NCBI GenBank assembly: GCA_030264375.1
Contig: JASCQW010000137.1
Location: 25,126,848 to 25,190,847, forward strand
Origin: Carcharhinus longimanus
Lineage: Eukaryota
DNA: 64,000 bases
Direction of reading: 5' to 3'
The translations under genes and the position numbers were made by a program. Of this stretch, positions 12,464-25,383 are shown one piece after another. Position 1 is the stretch's first letter, and every line of letters begins with the position of its first letter. The notes beneath the pieces are model-generated. The model worked only from the letters and a program-made list of their open reading frames with translations. It searched no databases and was not told the origin of the DNA.

Positions 12464-13290
12464 ACATCCCATGCTTTCCATTGGAACTAGAAAAGCAAGG
12501 TTCCCCAGTGGTTAAGCTGCTCAGGTAGTTTGTCAGTAGGCTATAACGGATCAAGGGAGCTTAATTGCGAATGCAAGCCAAGTTAGTCGATCTCGGCCAA
12601 GATGTAATTCGGGAAGCTACAATTACTTCCAGTGCTTCTGGGCAAGGGTTTGTAAGGGAACGAATGTGATTCAATGTCAGTTGTTTACAATAATCCTTTG
12701 CTTTCCCACAGCAAGAAAAATAGCCCAGACTGTGGGGGCTAAACTAATATTATCTCATTAATAAAAGCTATTAGGACCTAGAAACTGGTAATGAGCCACT
12801 ATGTTCTAATATGTCACCTATGGGACTCGATTTGTTGATTCATTTCCTGCACCCCAGAAACTATCCAGCTGTAAACAAAACACGAAAGCGAGGACAGCCA
12901 ATCGACAAATTCACTGCAAAAAGAAATCAGAATAATGATGTTATAAATTGTATCCTTAATTAAGCGAGCAGAAAGAAACGCGCCATCCAGGGGAAGAGAA
13001 AACAAAACAGTTGGCATGTTTCCTACAAAGTTATACTTTGGGGTTTCAAGCAATTAAATAAAGATTTAACAGAAGGATGGTATAAATAATGACTCATAGG
13101 TCACCAGTGGGTGGCAGGTGACAGAGGGAAAGCCTAAAGCTTTGATGTGACTCACTCTGCTCGCGTTCTATTGTGAGTTATTACTATTTTGTGCAATTTA
13201 AGTCAGTCTCGATGCAACTTCATTGACTGTGTCCAACTTTGGCAGATGTTCAAGCACCAGCTTCAGAGCTTTCTACCAGACTCCTCTGCC

Positions 13291-13693
13291 AAGAACAAAG
13301 AACAGTACAGCACAGGAACAGGCCCTTTGGCCCTCCAAGCCTGTGCTGGTCATGATGCCCCAACCAATCTAAAAAAAAACCTCCTGCCCTTCCTCGGTCC
13401 GTATCCCTCTGTTTGCGTACTCATCCAGATGCCTCTTGAGTGTTGCTAATGTGCCTGCTTCCACCACCTCCTCTGGCACCCACCACTCTCTGTGTGAAAA
13501 ACCTCCCCCGCACACCTCCCTTAAACTTTCCTCCGCCCACCTCAAGCCTGTATCCCTTTGTAAGTGATGCATCCACCCTGGGAAAAGGCCACTGACTATC
13601 CGCTCCATCTACGCCTCTCATCATTTTGTAGACCCCTACCAGGTCTCCCCTCAGCTTCCGTCTTTCCAGTGAAAACAATCCTAGTTTATTCAA
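13291..13693 (-). mobile_element. CR1/HER-like LINE 3' end
   Basis: LNKLGLFSLERRKLRGDLVGVYKMMRG on the minus strand. Confidence 0.9.
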
Positions 13694-13950
13694 ACTTAAA
13701 GTAAAAGTATATTTATTAGTCACACGTTGGTTCACATTAACACTGCAATGAAGTTACTGTGAAAATCCCCCCGTCACCACACTCTGGTGCCTGTCCGGGT
13801 ACACAGAGAGAGAATTTAGCATGGTCAATGTATCTAACCAGCGCATCTTTGGGAGGACCCAGAGGAAACCCACGCAGACACGGGGAGAATGTGTAAACTC
13901 CACCTGGGTCCCTGGCGCTGGGAGACAGCAGTGCTAACCACTGTGCCGTC
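13694..13950 (-). mobile_element. V-SINE tail-B subfamily, internally deleted
   Basis: ACATTAACACTGCAATGAAGTTACTGTGAAAATCCCC tail and CAGTGCTAACCACTGTGCC head. Confidence 0.85.
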
Positions 13951-14004
13951 CGCACTCTGCCATTGTTTCTAGTCAAGTAATTATGTAATGCCTTCTAGAA
14001 TGCC

Positions 14005-14533
14005 TGAAAAGATATCAGTGAACTACATGGGTTTTTACTGTAATCAATGATATATGGTCACCATTACTGAGACTAGTTTTAGAATTGTGATGTATGAATT
14101 GACTCCATTGATTCTGCCTACACTTCCCGCTGCCTCGGCAAAGCAGCCGGCATAATTAAGGACCACATACACCCCGGACATTCTATCTTTCACATTCTTC
14201 CATCGAGAAAAACATACAGAAGTCTGAGCTCACGCAGCAACAGACTCAAGAGCAGATTCTTCCCCACTGCTGTCAGACTTTTGCATGGACCTACCTCATG
14301 CTGAGTTTTGATATTTCTCTACCCCCTAGCTATGACCGTAACACTACATTCTGCGCTCTCCTTTCCTTCTCTATGAACGGTGTGCTTTGCCTGCACAGCA
14401 CGCAAGAAACAATACCTTCCGCTGTATACACAAGACAATAATAAATCAAATTTACAGCAGCTGTGGCGAGATTTGAACTGACACTTTTCAAGTTACCAGC
14501 ACAGTGACAATACCACTACACTACCATTGCCCC
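14005..14533 (-). mobile_element. Old SINE family C copy split by a Rex1/Babar insertion
   Basis: Head at ~14452-14533 (reverse complement GGGGCAATGGTAGTGTAGTGGTATTGTCACTG); body at ~14005-14100. Confidence 0.6.
14101..14452 (+). mobile_element. Rex1/Babar LINE 3' end
   Basis: Translates SIDSAYTSRCLGKAAGIIKDHIHPGHSIFHILPSRKTYRSLSSRSNRLKSRFFPTAVRLL, the classic Rex1/Babar C-terminus; ends GACAATAATAAATCAAAT. Confidence 0.88.
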
Positions 14534-15160
14534 ACTTTGAAAAGCTTTTTAAACACACCTTTAGTGTCACTGCACTAAGAAGAACAAGTTTAATTTTGAG
14601 CCTCCTTGCAAATGAGTGCAATTAACTAAAACCCTGTATAGTGAAAATTCTATATAGTGATTAACATGCCTGACAATTTTGTGGACACAGCCTGTGTCTA
14701 TGTTCCTAATGCAATGTGCTTAGCTCCCCAGCACTAATAACCATGGATCCACAAACAACACTGACTGCAAATCATATTCGTCTGAATTGCACTGGGGAAA
14801 AAAAAGCTATTTTGAATGTTTAAGCTTTAAAAAACCTAATCAGTGGAACAGTAATGTTCATTCCTGTGCAATCTCGTGTTGCCAGTCAGGCTGATTGCCG
14901 TTTTATTATTAATTAGAGTCTTGTTTAGATGCATGGACATGCATTTGATAATCTTTACAGCAAACATAAGATCATGCACCATGGATGCTGCTGATGTTAA
15001 ACTCTGCCAACAAGCTTTAATTAAAATTAACTTGCCATTTCTTTCAGCTAAAGCAACATTGGCAACGGTACACAAAGTGCTCACTGCAGGAAGTGAAGAA
15101 ATTAATCGGGAATAATTAAGCAAATTCCCTCGATTTTATTAGTCATCTTTTTATTCCAGA

Positions 15161-15421
15161 TTCAAGGTTGAAAGGCGATGTATGAAGCAGATTTTTTACA
15201 TGAAGGTGGTGGGTGCCTGGAACTCATTGCCGGGGGAGGTAGTGGAAACAGATACGATAGTGACTTTTATGAGGCGTCTGGACAAATACGTGAATAGGGT
15301 GGGAATAGAGGGATACGGTCCCCAGAAGGGCAGGGGGTTTTAGTTCAGTCAGACAGCATGGTCGGTGCAGGCTTGGAGGGCCGAAGGGGCCTGTTCCTGT
15401 GCTGTAATTTTCTTTGTTCTT
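15161..15421 (+). mobile_element. CR1/HER-like LINE 3' end
   Basis: Same tail as 1745-2082. Confidence 0.88.
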
Positions 15422-17037
15422 ATCCTGGCACTAGGTAGGAAACTTTGCCATGAAGAATTCTCCATTCTGCTTTTAAGGAATGCAATCTATCCCCCTGATT
15501 ATTGAACTCCCTGCAACTATGATATCACATTGCCCACCCTCCTCCCTTTGTACAAACTCTTGCTCTGGGGTACCATAGTTAGCATTCTGATCGTCCTATT
15601 GATTTCTTCTCACATTGGGTCTACCGGATAGGGATCAGTCTTCATTCTCCACCTGGTTTGGATTCCCCATGATCTGTGCACTGTTGGACACATCATCCGA
15701 TCCTGCGCCTCTCTGAGTAAAATGCTCCAGACTTGTGAGAAACAGTCAAGCGGCTGTTGTTTTGGAAACCAATTGAATTTAAAATGTCACTGAAGCCATG
15801 GGACAAATACCATTTCCATTTTGAGTAGCAGCATAATTTAGTGATAAAATGTTAGTGCAAGGGATTTTATTGAAATAATTTCAAATTTGAGTTGAATGGA
15901 GAATAATATATTCTGCTGATTGCAGAGAGAGAATATGATTATTAAAAAAATCATGCACCAAATTTCTAGCCGGGTAATCATGTTCTTTAAAAAAATCTTT
16001 CTATATTTACGCAACACTGCACTACTTTCAACAATTCACCTATGTTGATGCTTGCACAGAGTTCCTCTCAGATCGAACAAGCCTATATGGTACTTTGATT
16101 TGCTCTGGTATCTAACGATTGTGCAGCCAGTATAACGGAGTTAATGACTGATTTAAATCCAAGTGTAGCCACTGATTAAGCCTGAAAGTACTTCGATTAA
16201 ATCTGGTTTTCATCTTAGTGAGCATCTTTCCAGCGCTTCAATCAGCCTCTGTTCTATTACCAGGCAGACTGCGGAGACAAAAAAAAGTGACTCCTACCTC
16301 TCCAAAGGCAACAATGGCAAGGGGTGGGGGGGAAGGAGATATAATTGAGAACACCCAGGGGTACAGCCTCCTTGATTTATTAGTTCAACCTCTGCGCGAT
16401 AGGCTGTTAAACCCGTGCCGTGGAAATAGAAGAGATCCAGCTAATGTGTTCACACCATTGTAACAAATTATCAAGTAACTGAGGAAAATTAAGTCCAAAC
16501 ACAGCCTGGCAGCCAGTCTGTAGTGTCTGCACATGCTAACGGCGGAGGGAAGAGATGAAAGATGTTTCTTGAGCCATATTTAAATTATCACGTCGACCCT
16601 CTGGGGAACTCCAATCATATTAGTGTAATTCCTAATTTCTTTGATTCAGTCCAATGTTAAACACATCAGCTGTTTGAGCTCATCTTTAATTGCATCAGCA
16701 CCGTGAGTATATTTTAAAAAGGCCAAAACTGTTTCATTTATAAATAAAGTGGGAAAGAAATGGATACGGACACTTAAAAAGTGACAAGATGCTACCAATT
16801 GTCCAGATGTGAATCTCGCGAAATTCTGCTCATAGTTCAGAGTCATCTGGTATATCCTGGGATCAGGCCACACAAAATTCTATTTATTCTAAAGGTTTAC
16901 AATTTCACAAATGGCATTGGACAGGAGCAGTATTGCTTTCTGTGAGAAGCAGACCGCTTGCAGCCTCGGCACCCTTTTCTAGCAGTAAATCTACCGGTAT
17001 TGTATACAGGTTGGGTTGCCATTTTTATCAGAAAAGT

Positions 17038-17330
17038 AAGTTTAAGTTTAAAAGTTTATTTATTAGTGTCACAAGTAGGCTTACATTAACACTGAAATGA
17101 AGTTACTGTGAAAATCTCCTAATCACCACATTCCGGCACCCGTTTGGGTACACGGAGGGAGAATTTAGCACGGCCAATGCACCTAATCAGCATGCCTTTC
17201 AGACTGTGGGAGGAGATCGAGCACCCAAAGGAAAGCCACGCAGACACGGGCAGAATGTGCGGACTCCGCACAGATCGTGACCCAAGCCAGGAATCAAACC
17301 CAGGTCGCTGGCACTGTGAGGCAGCAGTGC
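17038..17330 (-). mobile_element. V-SINE tail-B subfamily
   Basis: AAGTTTAAGTTTAAAAGTTTATTTATTAGTGTCACAAGTAGGCTTACATTAACACTG tail plus V core. Confidence 0.9.
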
Positions 17331-17519
17331 GAGTCAGGAATACTGTAGAAGGTGCAAAAATGATGTACAAGGAGGGCACCAGAACTGCACTATTATAACT
17401 GTTAGAGAAGGATAAACAGCTTGGGTCCCTTTTCCCTTGAAATGAGAAAGCTGAGGNNNNNNNNNNGTGGGTGGGAATGGGGGGTGCCAGGGGCGGGACA
17501 CACACACACACACACACAC

Positions 17520-18120
17520 ATTATGAAAGGATTTGAGACAGTCGATCGAGACTGTTTTCCTTTGTGGGGAAGAGTGAAACCAGTGGCCATCAATGTAAAG
17601 TAGCCACCAAGAAATTAAATAGGGAATTTGGAAGAAATGTTTTTACCCAGAGGATGCTAAGAATAGGGAACTGGAGAAACATAGAAAATAGAAGCAAGAG
17701 TTGGCCATTCAGCCCTTTGAGCCTGCTCTACCATTCAGTTGGATCATGGCTGATGATCAAGTTTGAGGTAGATCAAAGTAGTGAGTAGTTGAAGTAGATT
17801 CATTTGAAGGAAGCTGGATAAGAATTCCAGGGAGAAGGGAATAGAAGGTGATGCTGAGGAAGGATTGGAGGTTCAATTGGAGCACAAACAATAGCCACAT
17901 TTAAAAAGCATTTGAATAGGTGCATGGATGGGAAAGATTGGAGTAATATAGGCCAAATGCGGGCAATTAGGACTGGCTGGAAGGGCACAACGGTTGGCAT
18001 GAACTGGTTGGGCAGAAGGGCCTGTTTCCCTGCTGTATTGCTCTATGTCTCTGTGACTGTAAATGCCAGCATGGACTGCTGGGCCGAATGGCCTGTACAT
18101 TCTGTGCTGTTGTATGTAAT
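17520..18120. mobile_element. Mosaic of nested CR1 3' fragments after a (CA)n microsatellite (17499-17520)
   Basis: KGFETVDRDCFPL and FTQRM motifs; minus-strand tail at ~17676-17757; second plus tail at ~17890-18055. Confidence 0.7.
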
Positions 18121-18586
18121 TTCTCCGATGCTATTAGGTGACATTCCTTGTTGCCAAAGTGCACGTCCTCACAGTCAGTAGAGTACAAATTGAAATGGAG
18201 TAATATTTATCGCGCGATGTATTCTAAATGTAAAACTGAACAGCTTACATATCCTGAAGAGCTGAGTGTAAATGATGCTTCAAGTTTGACCAAGTATGCA
18301 CTCCTTGATTAGTATGTATTCAATCTCACCAACAGTGATTCACTGAGAATCCTGGGAATTTGAACAGACGGCTCACATTTCCTTCTAAACAGACCTTTCA
18401 AAACAGCTGCAAGTCACTTTATCAACATTGCTCTGCATACTTTAGCCATTTGAAAAAGATGATGGCAATTTTTTTTTAAATAGTTGATTTTACAAACTGT
18501 TATGATTGCTACCGCAGTGGCAAATGTATAGAATGCAGCCAACCAGGAGAGCTCTCAGCTCTGCTTCCCCTTCTCACTAACATTTT

Positions 18587-18707
18587 GGCCAGGATTTTCC
18601 GACCTCGTCCTTGGCTGGGATTCTCCGGTCCCGCTTATTGGGAATGGGGATTTGGCTGAGCACCAAATTCGCCATTGTCGCTGGCAGCGACATTGCAGAA
18701 TCCTGGG
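18587..18707. mobile_element. Short Harbinger-type MITE
   Basis: GGCCAGGATTTTCCG...GCAGAATCCTGGG; internal similarity to 9624. Confidence 0.6.
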
Positions 18708-20229
18708 TCAGGGTTAAAGAAAACGGAAAGTTTTCGTTCAAAGCAGAGGGAGCGGGATTTATTTTGGACTCCTTCGTGAAAATGTCAAGCTTCTTATCAG
18801 CATGTTGAATCGGAAGTTAGGTCTCCCTTCCCGCTGGGCCAGGTAGGTGGTGCTTGACTCTGACAAACTACGCTGCAATCTGGGAACGCGGAATACAGTT
18901 GTGCCCATGGTATGATTTTTCAAAGCCGCATTGCATTTGGCATGAGGAAAACCAAGTTGAAGTTGCAAATGAGCGAAAAACAAACTTGATTCAGATTGTT
19001 TCTTCTTCGATAAAATTGCATCCTTCAAATAAAGGTGCGACCTTTAGATATACTTCCCTCTTTCAATATTTTACTGAAATAAAGTCAAGGACAGAATACT
19101 GCAGTCTCAATAGCTTTGGCTGCTGGGTAGATTCTCAAATTGTGTCTTTTTCACAAAACATACTGAAAAAATAAACCCATTTAAACCGGCTTTCTCAGAG
19201 GGCAAGGATATTAATGATGTATTGAGATTGGCTGGAATTATGTCATTCTCATGAATAAAAATGCCTGTGGCAAAATAATGTGCCTTAGCTTTTTTGTTTG
19301 CAGATCATAAAATTGGTGAAAAAAATCTAAATACTAATTGAAGCACAGAGGCTCTTAATTTCTCACACTGAATTTTTGGCAGGGAAGAACATTATTTTGA
19401 GACAAAGCGTTGGCCTGGTGCTTGCATGGTGAGTGCTTGCTCTGTAATGTTTCTTTGTAGGGACTGCTAGTTTTTAACGTAAGGTTCTTCCGATCTAACT
19501 AAATGTACTTTTGCAGATGCCTTTAGGCCCTCGCCGCTTCACATGACTTGTGTGACATTTACGTGAGCAACATAAGTCACACTTAAAAAACACATTTTAA
19601 GATTGTTTTGCTGTAGAACTGCCCATCGCAGCATGCTTTCAATTGTAAATAATAGATAGTCTCATTTAAATGCATTTCCTATTTGTGGTGGGTGGGTGGC
19701 TGGCAAGTTCTCCATGGGTGATAAATGAGGAATTTGAAGACAAGAACCGTTGGGTGCCTACACAGCTCAACAAATGATATGAGAATTCACCCTGCAGATT
19801 GCAGAAGAGTGCTAACAAGTGCAGGTCTTCAATCAGACAGCCCAACAAATGGGCCACTGAAGACTATTCTCATTGAACTGATGTTTCAGCCACATGGAAG
19901 CAAGCTTAACTCACATTCATTTTGCAAAATACTTCAATTTCCTGTTCAAAGGAACGGCTGCAGTAAAGGAACATTTCACACACAACAATCCCGGCAAGTT
20001 GAGCTGCCATCAGGGGGATTGGGGGAAAATAAAACCTCATGAGTTTCACTCTGGCTCTCTTCATTCATTAGTCATGCTAATTAAATATTTTAATTTAATC
20101 ATAGATCTGAACTTGAGTTTTCCACATGTTTGTTTGGGGGGAAGTAGGGGGGGGGGTGCGGTGGTGACACACTCTCAGCCATCCTTGTAGTGACACTGGA
20201 GCTTGTGTTTTGAGTTCCTTCAGATTCCT

Positions 20230-20470
20230 TTTTGATTTGAATTATTATCGTCACATGTATTGGGATGCAGTGAAAAGTATTGTTTCTTGCACGCTATACA
20301 GACAAAACATACTGTTCATAGAGTATATAGGGGAGAAGGAAAGGGGAGGGTGCAGAATGTAGTGTTACAGTCATAGCTTGGGTGTAGAGAAAGATTAACT
20401 TAATGTGAGGTAGGTCCATTCAAAAGTCAGATGGCAGCCAGGAAGAAGCTGTTCTTGAGTTGGTTGGTAC
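20230..20470 (-). mobile_element. Rex1/Babar LINE 3' end
   Basis: Reverse complement matches 1251-1708 and 14101-14452. Confidence 0.88.
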
Positions 20471-20493
20471 ATTGCCTATAAGACAGGAATATA

Positions 20494-20792
20494 GGGAGGC
20501 ACAGTGGTTAGCACTGCTGCCTCACAGCACCAAGATCCCGGGTTCAATTCCCAGCTCTGTGTGGAGTTTGTACACTCTCCCTATGTCTGTGTGGGTTTCA
20601 TCTGGATGCGCTGTTTTCCTCCCATGGTCCAAAGATGTGCAGATAAGGTTGATTGACCATGCTAAATTGTGTATTAGTGTCAAGGGGACTAGCTAGGGTA
20701 AATGCTTGGGGTTATGGGGATAGAGCCTGCATGGGATTGTGGTCGGTGCAGACGCAATGGGCCAAATGCCCTTCTTCTGCACTTAGGATTCT
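20494..20792 (+). mobile_element. HE1 SINE
   Basis: Head, V core and GGGCCAAATGCCC tail. Confidence 0.9.
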
Positions 20793-20864
20793 AAGAGCAG
20801 TTGCAGGCCATTCACCCCTTCAATCTGTTCAATTCAATTATGGCCGAGCTCTGTATCTCAACTG

Positions 20865-21242
20865 AGGAGGTTGGGCAGATGGCTTTAGGGAGAAAATTCT
20901 CAATCTGAAGCAGCTGAAGGTTGGCAACCATTGGCAAAAGGATTAAAATCAAGGATGTGGCAAGAGTCCAGAATTGGAAGAGTGCAGCTATCTCACACAG
21001 TTGTGAGGCTGGAAGAGATTGCGGAGATTGGGAGGGGGGGAATCTGTAAATAAGGATGCAAATTTTAAAACTGTGCCAGACCTGGCACCAATGTTGGCAG
21101 GATAGTTGGAATATGGGCAGCATGGGTTTGGATAAAGTTCAATGTTTATGGGGGGATGGTGGGGGAGGTGGAAAGGTGACCAGGGGAATAATAGAATAAT
21201 CAAGTGTAGGGGTAACAAAGGCACTAAGTGGATTCAGGGGCG
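20865..21242 (-). mobile_element. L2 LINE fragment
   Basis: Minus translation SAFVTPTLDYS and SFKICILIYR resembles L2 ORF2 AFVTSRLDYCN and I.FKILLL.YK. Confidence 0.7.
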
Positions 21243-21284
21243 ATAGTTCCAAATTTCTATTCCCATTTTTGTAANNNNNNNNNN

Positions 21285-21455
21285 GTAAAGGAATGCTTCC
21301 TGACATCACCCTAAGTGGCCGAGCTCTAATTTTAGTATTATGCCCCTTTGTTCCGGACTCTCCAATGGAGGAATTAGCTTCCTCATCTATATTATCCAAC
21401 CATGTAATCATCTTAAACACCGCAATTAATTCACTCCATAATCCCCTGTACTCAA
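21285..21455 (-). mobile_element. CR1 fragment
   Basis: FKMITWLDNIDEE...GESGTKGH on the minus strand. Confidence 0.65.
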
Positions 21456-22700
21456 AGTACCTTTCTCATCACTTAGTGAGAATCCTCAGCTCATGGTCCA
21501 ACCCTATCTTTCAGACGCTGGGAGAATGTTATAGGGCTGAGGGAAGTCTGAAATCTGAATTTTATCTCATTTTTAACGCATCAGTTTCATCGAGGGATAC
21601 AACTACTTAAAACACGCTTAGCATTCATCTTGTTTAAAGTTGCAAAGATTTGTACCTTTAGCAACCTGCAAAGGATGTTCAGTCTTAAAGGGTTGAGGGA
21701 TTTTGATCTAAGCTACCATAAAACAATGTGCTGACATCTCTGGCAACCAGCCCTCAAACAGGCATGAGTGATGACTTCTGCCCAGTGCAGTAACCAACAT
21801 CTAGTGCCTGATGAATGGTCTGTGTTACTGAGACTGGCTGAAGCACACAGTAGTGTGCATGCAGGCCTCAACTGCTGGGTAAGGCTGCCTGGATCTATTT
21901 ACACAGCCCAGTCAGCATGATTTATTAACTCTACAATGGCTAAAACATTTCTTACCTGCTGGGAAGCAATTTTTCCAGAAATTAGATTCTCATAAAACAT
22001 TCTGCTCTGTGTTTTGACACATAAAGGAAAATAAGCAAAACATGGGACAGGCCTCTAATTATAGGGCACACATAAGACACATAATTCTCTGTGCACAGTA
22101 TATTGGAGAAGTTGTCTGCTGCTTTCTATTCATTGTTAAATCACAATCCCTTGGATAAAGAAGGGATTTAAACATTTAGCTCCATACAGTGAAACAATCT
22201 CACCCCGCCTCCACCTCACCCTCCCACAGAATGGAACATTAGTCCCAACCTGATGCCTATTCATAAATACCCAAACGTTGATGCCAGTTTTATTGAGAAA
22301 CGGTTCATGGGGACATTTGATTTTAATGGACAATTGATTTCTGACGTATAGTTTGAACAAAATCAAATAGGATTTACCAGAACTTCAACTCTATGGGTGA
22401 GGGTCCCTTATACATCAATGTGATATACGTAACGTCTTTACAAACACACACGCAACTCAAGTACTGACAGCATTAGTAAGCTATATTTTAAATGAAGATG
22501 AAAGATGGCACAAATATTTTTAACCTAGAGATTGATGTAACTGGCAGATATAAGCATTCACTATAAATTGTTACAATTACTAAATGCCCAATATTAGTTA
22601 CGATCAGTTTCTGTCATCTTTAAAATTAAGCATTGCTCCTGTTGCTTCTGCATCCCCGTTTCTCAGCAACTTAGTTCATTTAACTTTGACATCGAAGCTT

Positions 22701-23205
22701 TGGAAGGACGTGCAAACTTTGGAGAGTGTGCGAAGAAGGTTCACCATCATGTTGCCTGGTCTTGAGGGTGTTGGCTATGAGGAGAGGTTGAATAAACTTG
22801 GATTGCTTTCACTGGAAAGACAGAGGCTAAGGGGAGACCTGATGGAGGTCTACAAAATTCTGAGAGGCATAGACAGGATGGACAACCAGAGGCTTTTTCC
22901 CAGGATGGAAGTGTCAATTACAAGGGAGGAGGGGCACAGGTTCAAGGAGAGAGGGGGAAAATTTAAGGGAGATGTCCGAGGGAAGTTTTTCATGCAGTGA
23001 GCAGTGGGTGTCTGGAACGCGCTACGAGAGTAGGTGGTGGAAACAGGCAAGCATAGCAGTATTAAAGCATCTGCATGAACAGGAGGGAATAGAGGGATAT
23101 GGGCAGAGTAAGGTCATAAGTTTTTTTTTAGTTTAATTAGGGCATCATGAACGGCAAAGGCTTGGAGGGTCTGTTCTTGTGCTGTACTTTTCTTTGTCCT
23201 TTACT
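22701..23205 (+). mobile_element. CR1/HER-like LINE 3' end
   Basis: KDVQTLESVRRRFTIMLPGLEGVGYEERLNKLGLLSLERQRLRGDLMEVYKILRG. Confidence 0.93.
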
Positions 23206-23956
23206 CTTTGACCTGTATGCTTTGTGCAGGTCTAATTTGATAGCCATCAACTGTCTGCAATTAAATAAGATGATGGGTCGGATGGCCTCTTTCTGGACCA
23301 TAAATCTTCTTTATGTTGGAGAAAAATATTGCTGAACATTGAGGTGCAGGAAAGCCTTTGTGGGTCTTGCATGCTGATGAGGTTGGCTCCCACGGTGGAC
23401 AGACCTATTTCCTGTAGTACTTCAGCAGTCATCTACCACTACATACCTGAATAAACTGCTTACACACACTTTGTCTGACGCATTATGAACTGTGGGCTCA
23501 CCTATGGGTTGTTTTCTTGAACAATGCCACTATTGTGAGCAGCAGAGTAGGTAGGATCCCACAGGATTAGACTAACTCAGTGAAAAATTGCAAGCTGCCT
23601 CTATGCTGGAAATGTTCTGAGCTCCAGACGTGAATGTAGGAATAGTATGAACTGCAACAAGAGTCACCTAAACATAACTGCACCATCAGAACTTCTTTGC
23701 TACTTTATGGCCCTCTCTCCAACATGACAATGGGAAACTGTTTTAAATGCTTCTTTACTCTGCGTTTCCTGTTTTCACATTTTAAGCACATAACGGATTC
23801 AAACCCTACATTTGGATCCCATTCCACTCTATGGCTGTGGAAAGGACACTAAAAAGGAATGTTTTCTTCTGCCTTTACCATGCGTTCTTTTCCTGAAATC
23901 CATGATTCAGGAACACAATTAAATGGAGACAGTACACATTGCTGGACAGTGCCAGA

Positions 23957-24165
23957 TCTGGAACAAGCTGCCAGAGGTAGTAGTAGAGCTGTGCATAATT
24001 TTGTGTTTTAAAAAGCATTTAGACAGTTACATGGGTAAGATGGTATTGAGGGATATGGGCCAAATTGCAGACAATTGGAACTAGCTTTAGGGTTTGAAAG
24101 AAAGGGTGGCATGGACAAGTTGGGCCGAAGGGCCTGTTTCCATGCTGTAAAGCTCTATGACTCTA
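23957..24165 (+). mobile_element. CR1 3' end
   Basis: GGCATGGACAAGTTGGGCCGAAGGGCCTGTTTCCATGCTGTAAAGCTCTATGACTCTA tail. Confidence 0.88.
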
Positions 24166-24415
24166 GATGTAATAAGTATCAACTTATCTTGCAGTTTTTA
24201 TTCAATTCATAATATTCAGACAAGAATCCCCTCAGGTTTGTGATGAGAAACTGTCAGGATTTGAAGTTGTGACTGAAGAGCTCTCAACCATTATTTTCTG
24301 CTATTATTCTCCCAGAGTACTCTTGGAAGGAATTGCGTTATTCAGGAGTATCAATGACCCAGTTTTGAATGAACTCATTAAACAAAATGTAAATAACTCT
24401 GTCAATGGACATTCT

Positions 24416-24550
24416 GATTCTTTTCCCACACCGAGTGGTGCACTAAGGCAGACTTTTGTCTTTTTCCATAGCTAATTATTTCTGGAACAGGTCGACAGTC
24501 TGTTGCCAGAGGCTTATTACTTGAGGGGGGGTCGATTGACTAACGGCCAC
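24416..24550 (-). mobile_element. SINE family D 3' tail
   Basis: GGCAGACTTTTGTCTTTTTCCATAGCTAATTATTTCTGGAACAGGTC matches 51787-51835. Confidence 0.65.
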
Positions 24551-24582
24551 TCTCCAAATTTTCCCATCCCACCCGAAATGAT

Positions 24583-24734
24583 GGGCCGGATTCTCTGACC
24601 TCACCTGCAGCTGGGATTCTCCAGTCCCGCTGCAGTGAATCGCCAAATTCTCTGTTCTCACTGACAGCGGCTGTGGGGGTGAATGGCCTGAGAATTCCAA
24701 TGCGCACTGCTGGAGGGACTGGAAAATCCTGACC
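24583..24734. mobile_element. Short Harbinger-type MITE
   Basis: GGGCCGGATTCTC...GGAAAATCCTGACC; internal similarity to sibling copies. Confidence 0.6.
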
Positions 24735-24828
24735 TCAAGTCTTTGTCATTAAAGCTTCTATTAAGTATGTCTCTTAAGTCTTTCTTCGGGATTAGTTGAC
24801 TTGGATAATAAGAACATAAGAAATAACT

Positions 24829-25383
24829 GCAGGAGTAGGCTCATTGATCCTACAAATCTGCCCTGCCATTCAATAATCATCTTCTATCTCAAATCTACTT
24901 TCCTACCTGTACTATCCCCATATTACTTGATTCCCCAAGTAAGCGAAAAGAGATCAATATCTGTCTTGATTATATTCAGTGACTGAGCATCATGATCCCT
25001 CTGGGGTAAAGGATTCCAAAGGTTTGCAACCTTTTGAGTGAAGAAATTTGTCTTCATCTCAGATCTAGTGGCTGACTCTTTATTCTGAGACTGTGCAGCC
25101 TGATTCCAGCCAGGAGAAACAGCCTCTCAGCATCTGCCCTGTTAAGCCCTTTAAGAATTTTATGTTCCGATGATCACCTGTCATTCTTCGAAACTCCAGA
25201 GAATACAAGTCTAGTCTGCTCAATCTCTCCTGATGGTTGAGCACCGTCATCCCTGGGAGTAGTCCAGTGAGCTCTCATTGCACTCCTCCAAGGTAACTAC
25301 ATCCTTCCATTGATAAGCAAAGAAAACATTTATACAATTCAATAGGTGTGGTCACATCAAGATCCTTTATAATGGCAGTAAGA
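24829..25383 (-). mobile_element. Old CR1 3' portion
   Basis: TAAGAACATAAGAA terminal repeat; CTTCGAAACTCCAGAGAATACAAG, the reverse complement of an LYSLEFRR codon string. Confidence 0.8.

Noticed and set aside
18759-19174. ORFs of 89 and 106 aa in unique sequence
   Set aside because: No recognisable domain or convincing paired splice sites; within chance expectation.
21957-22007. Possible 51-nt minus micro-exon (SRMFYENLISGKIASQQ) with CAG|GTAAGA donor
   Set aside because: No homolog recognised, and its phase does not fit the 37688 candidate; too weak without RNA data.
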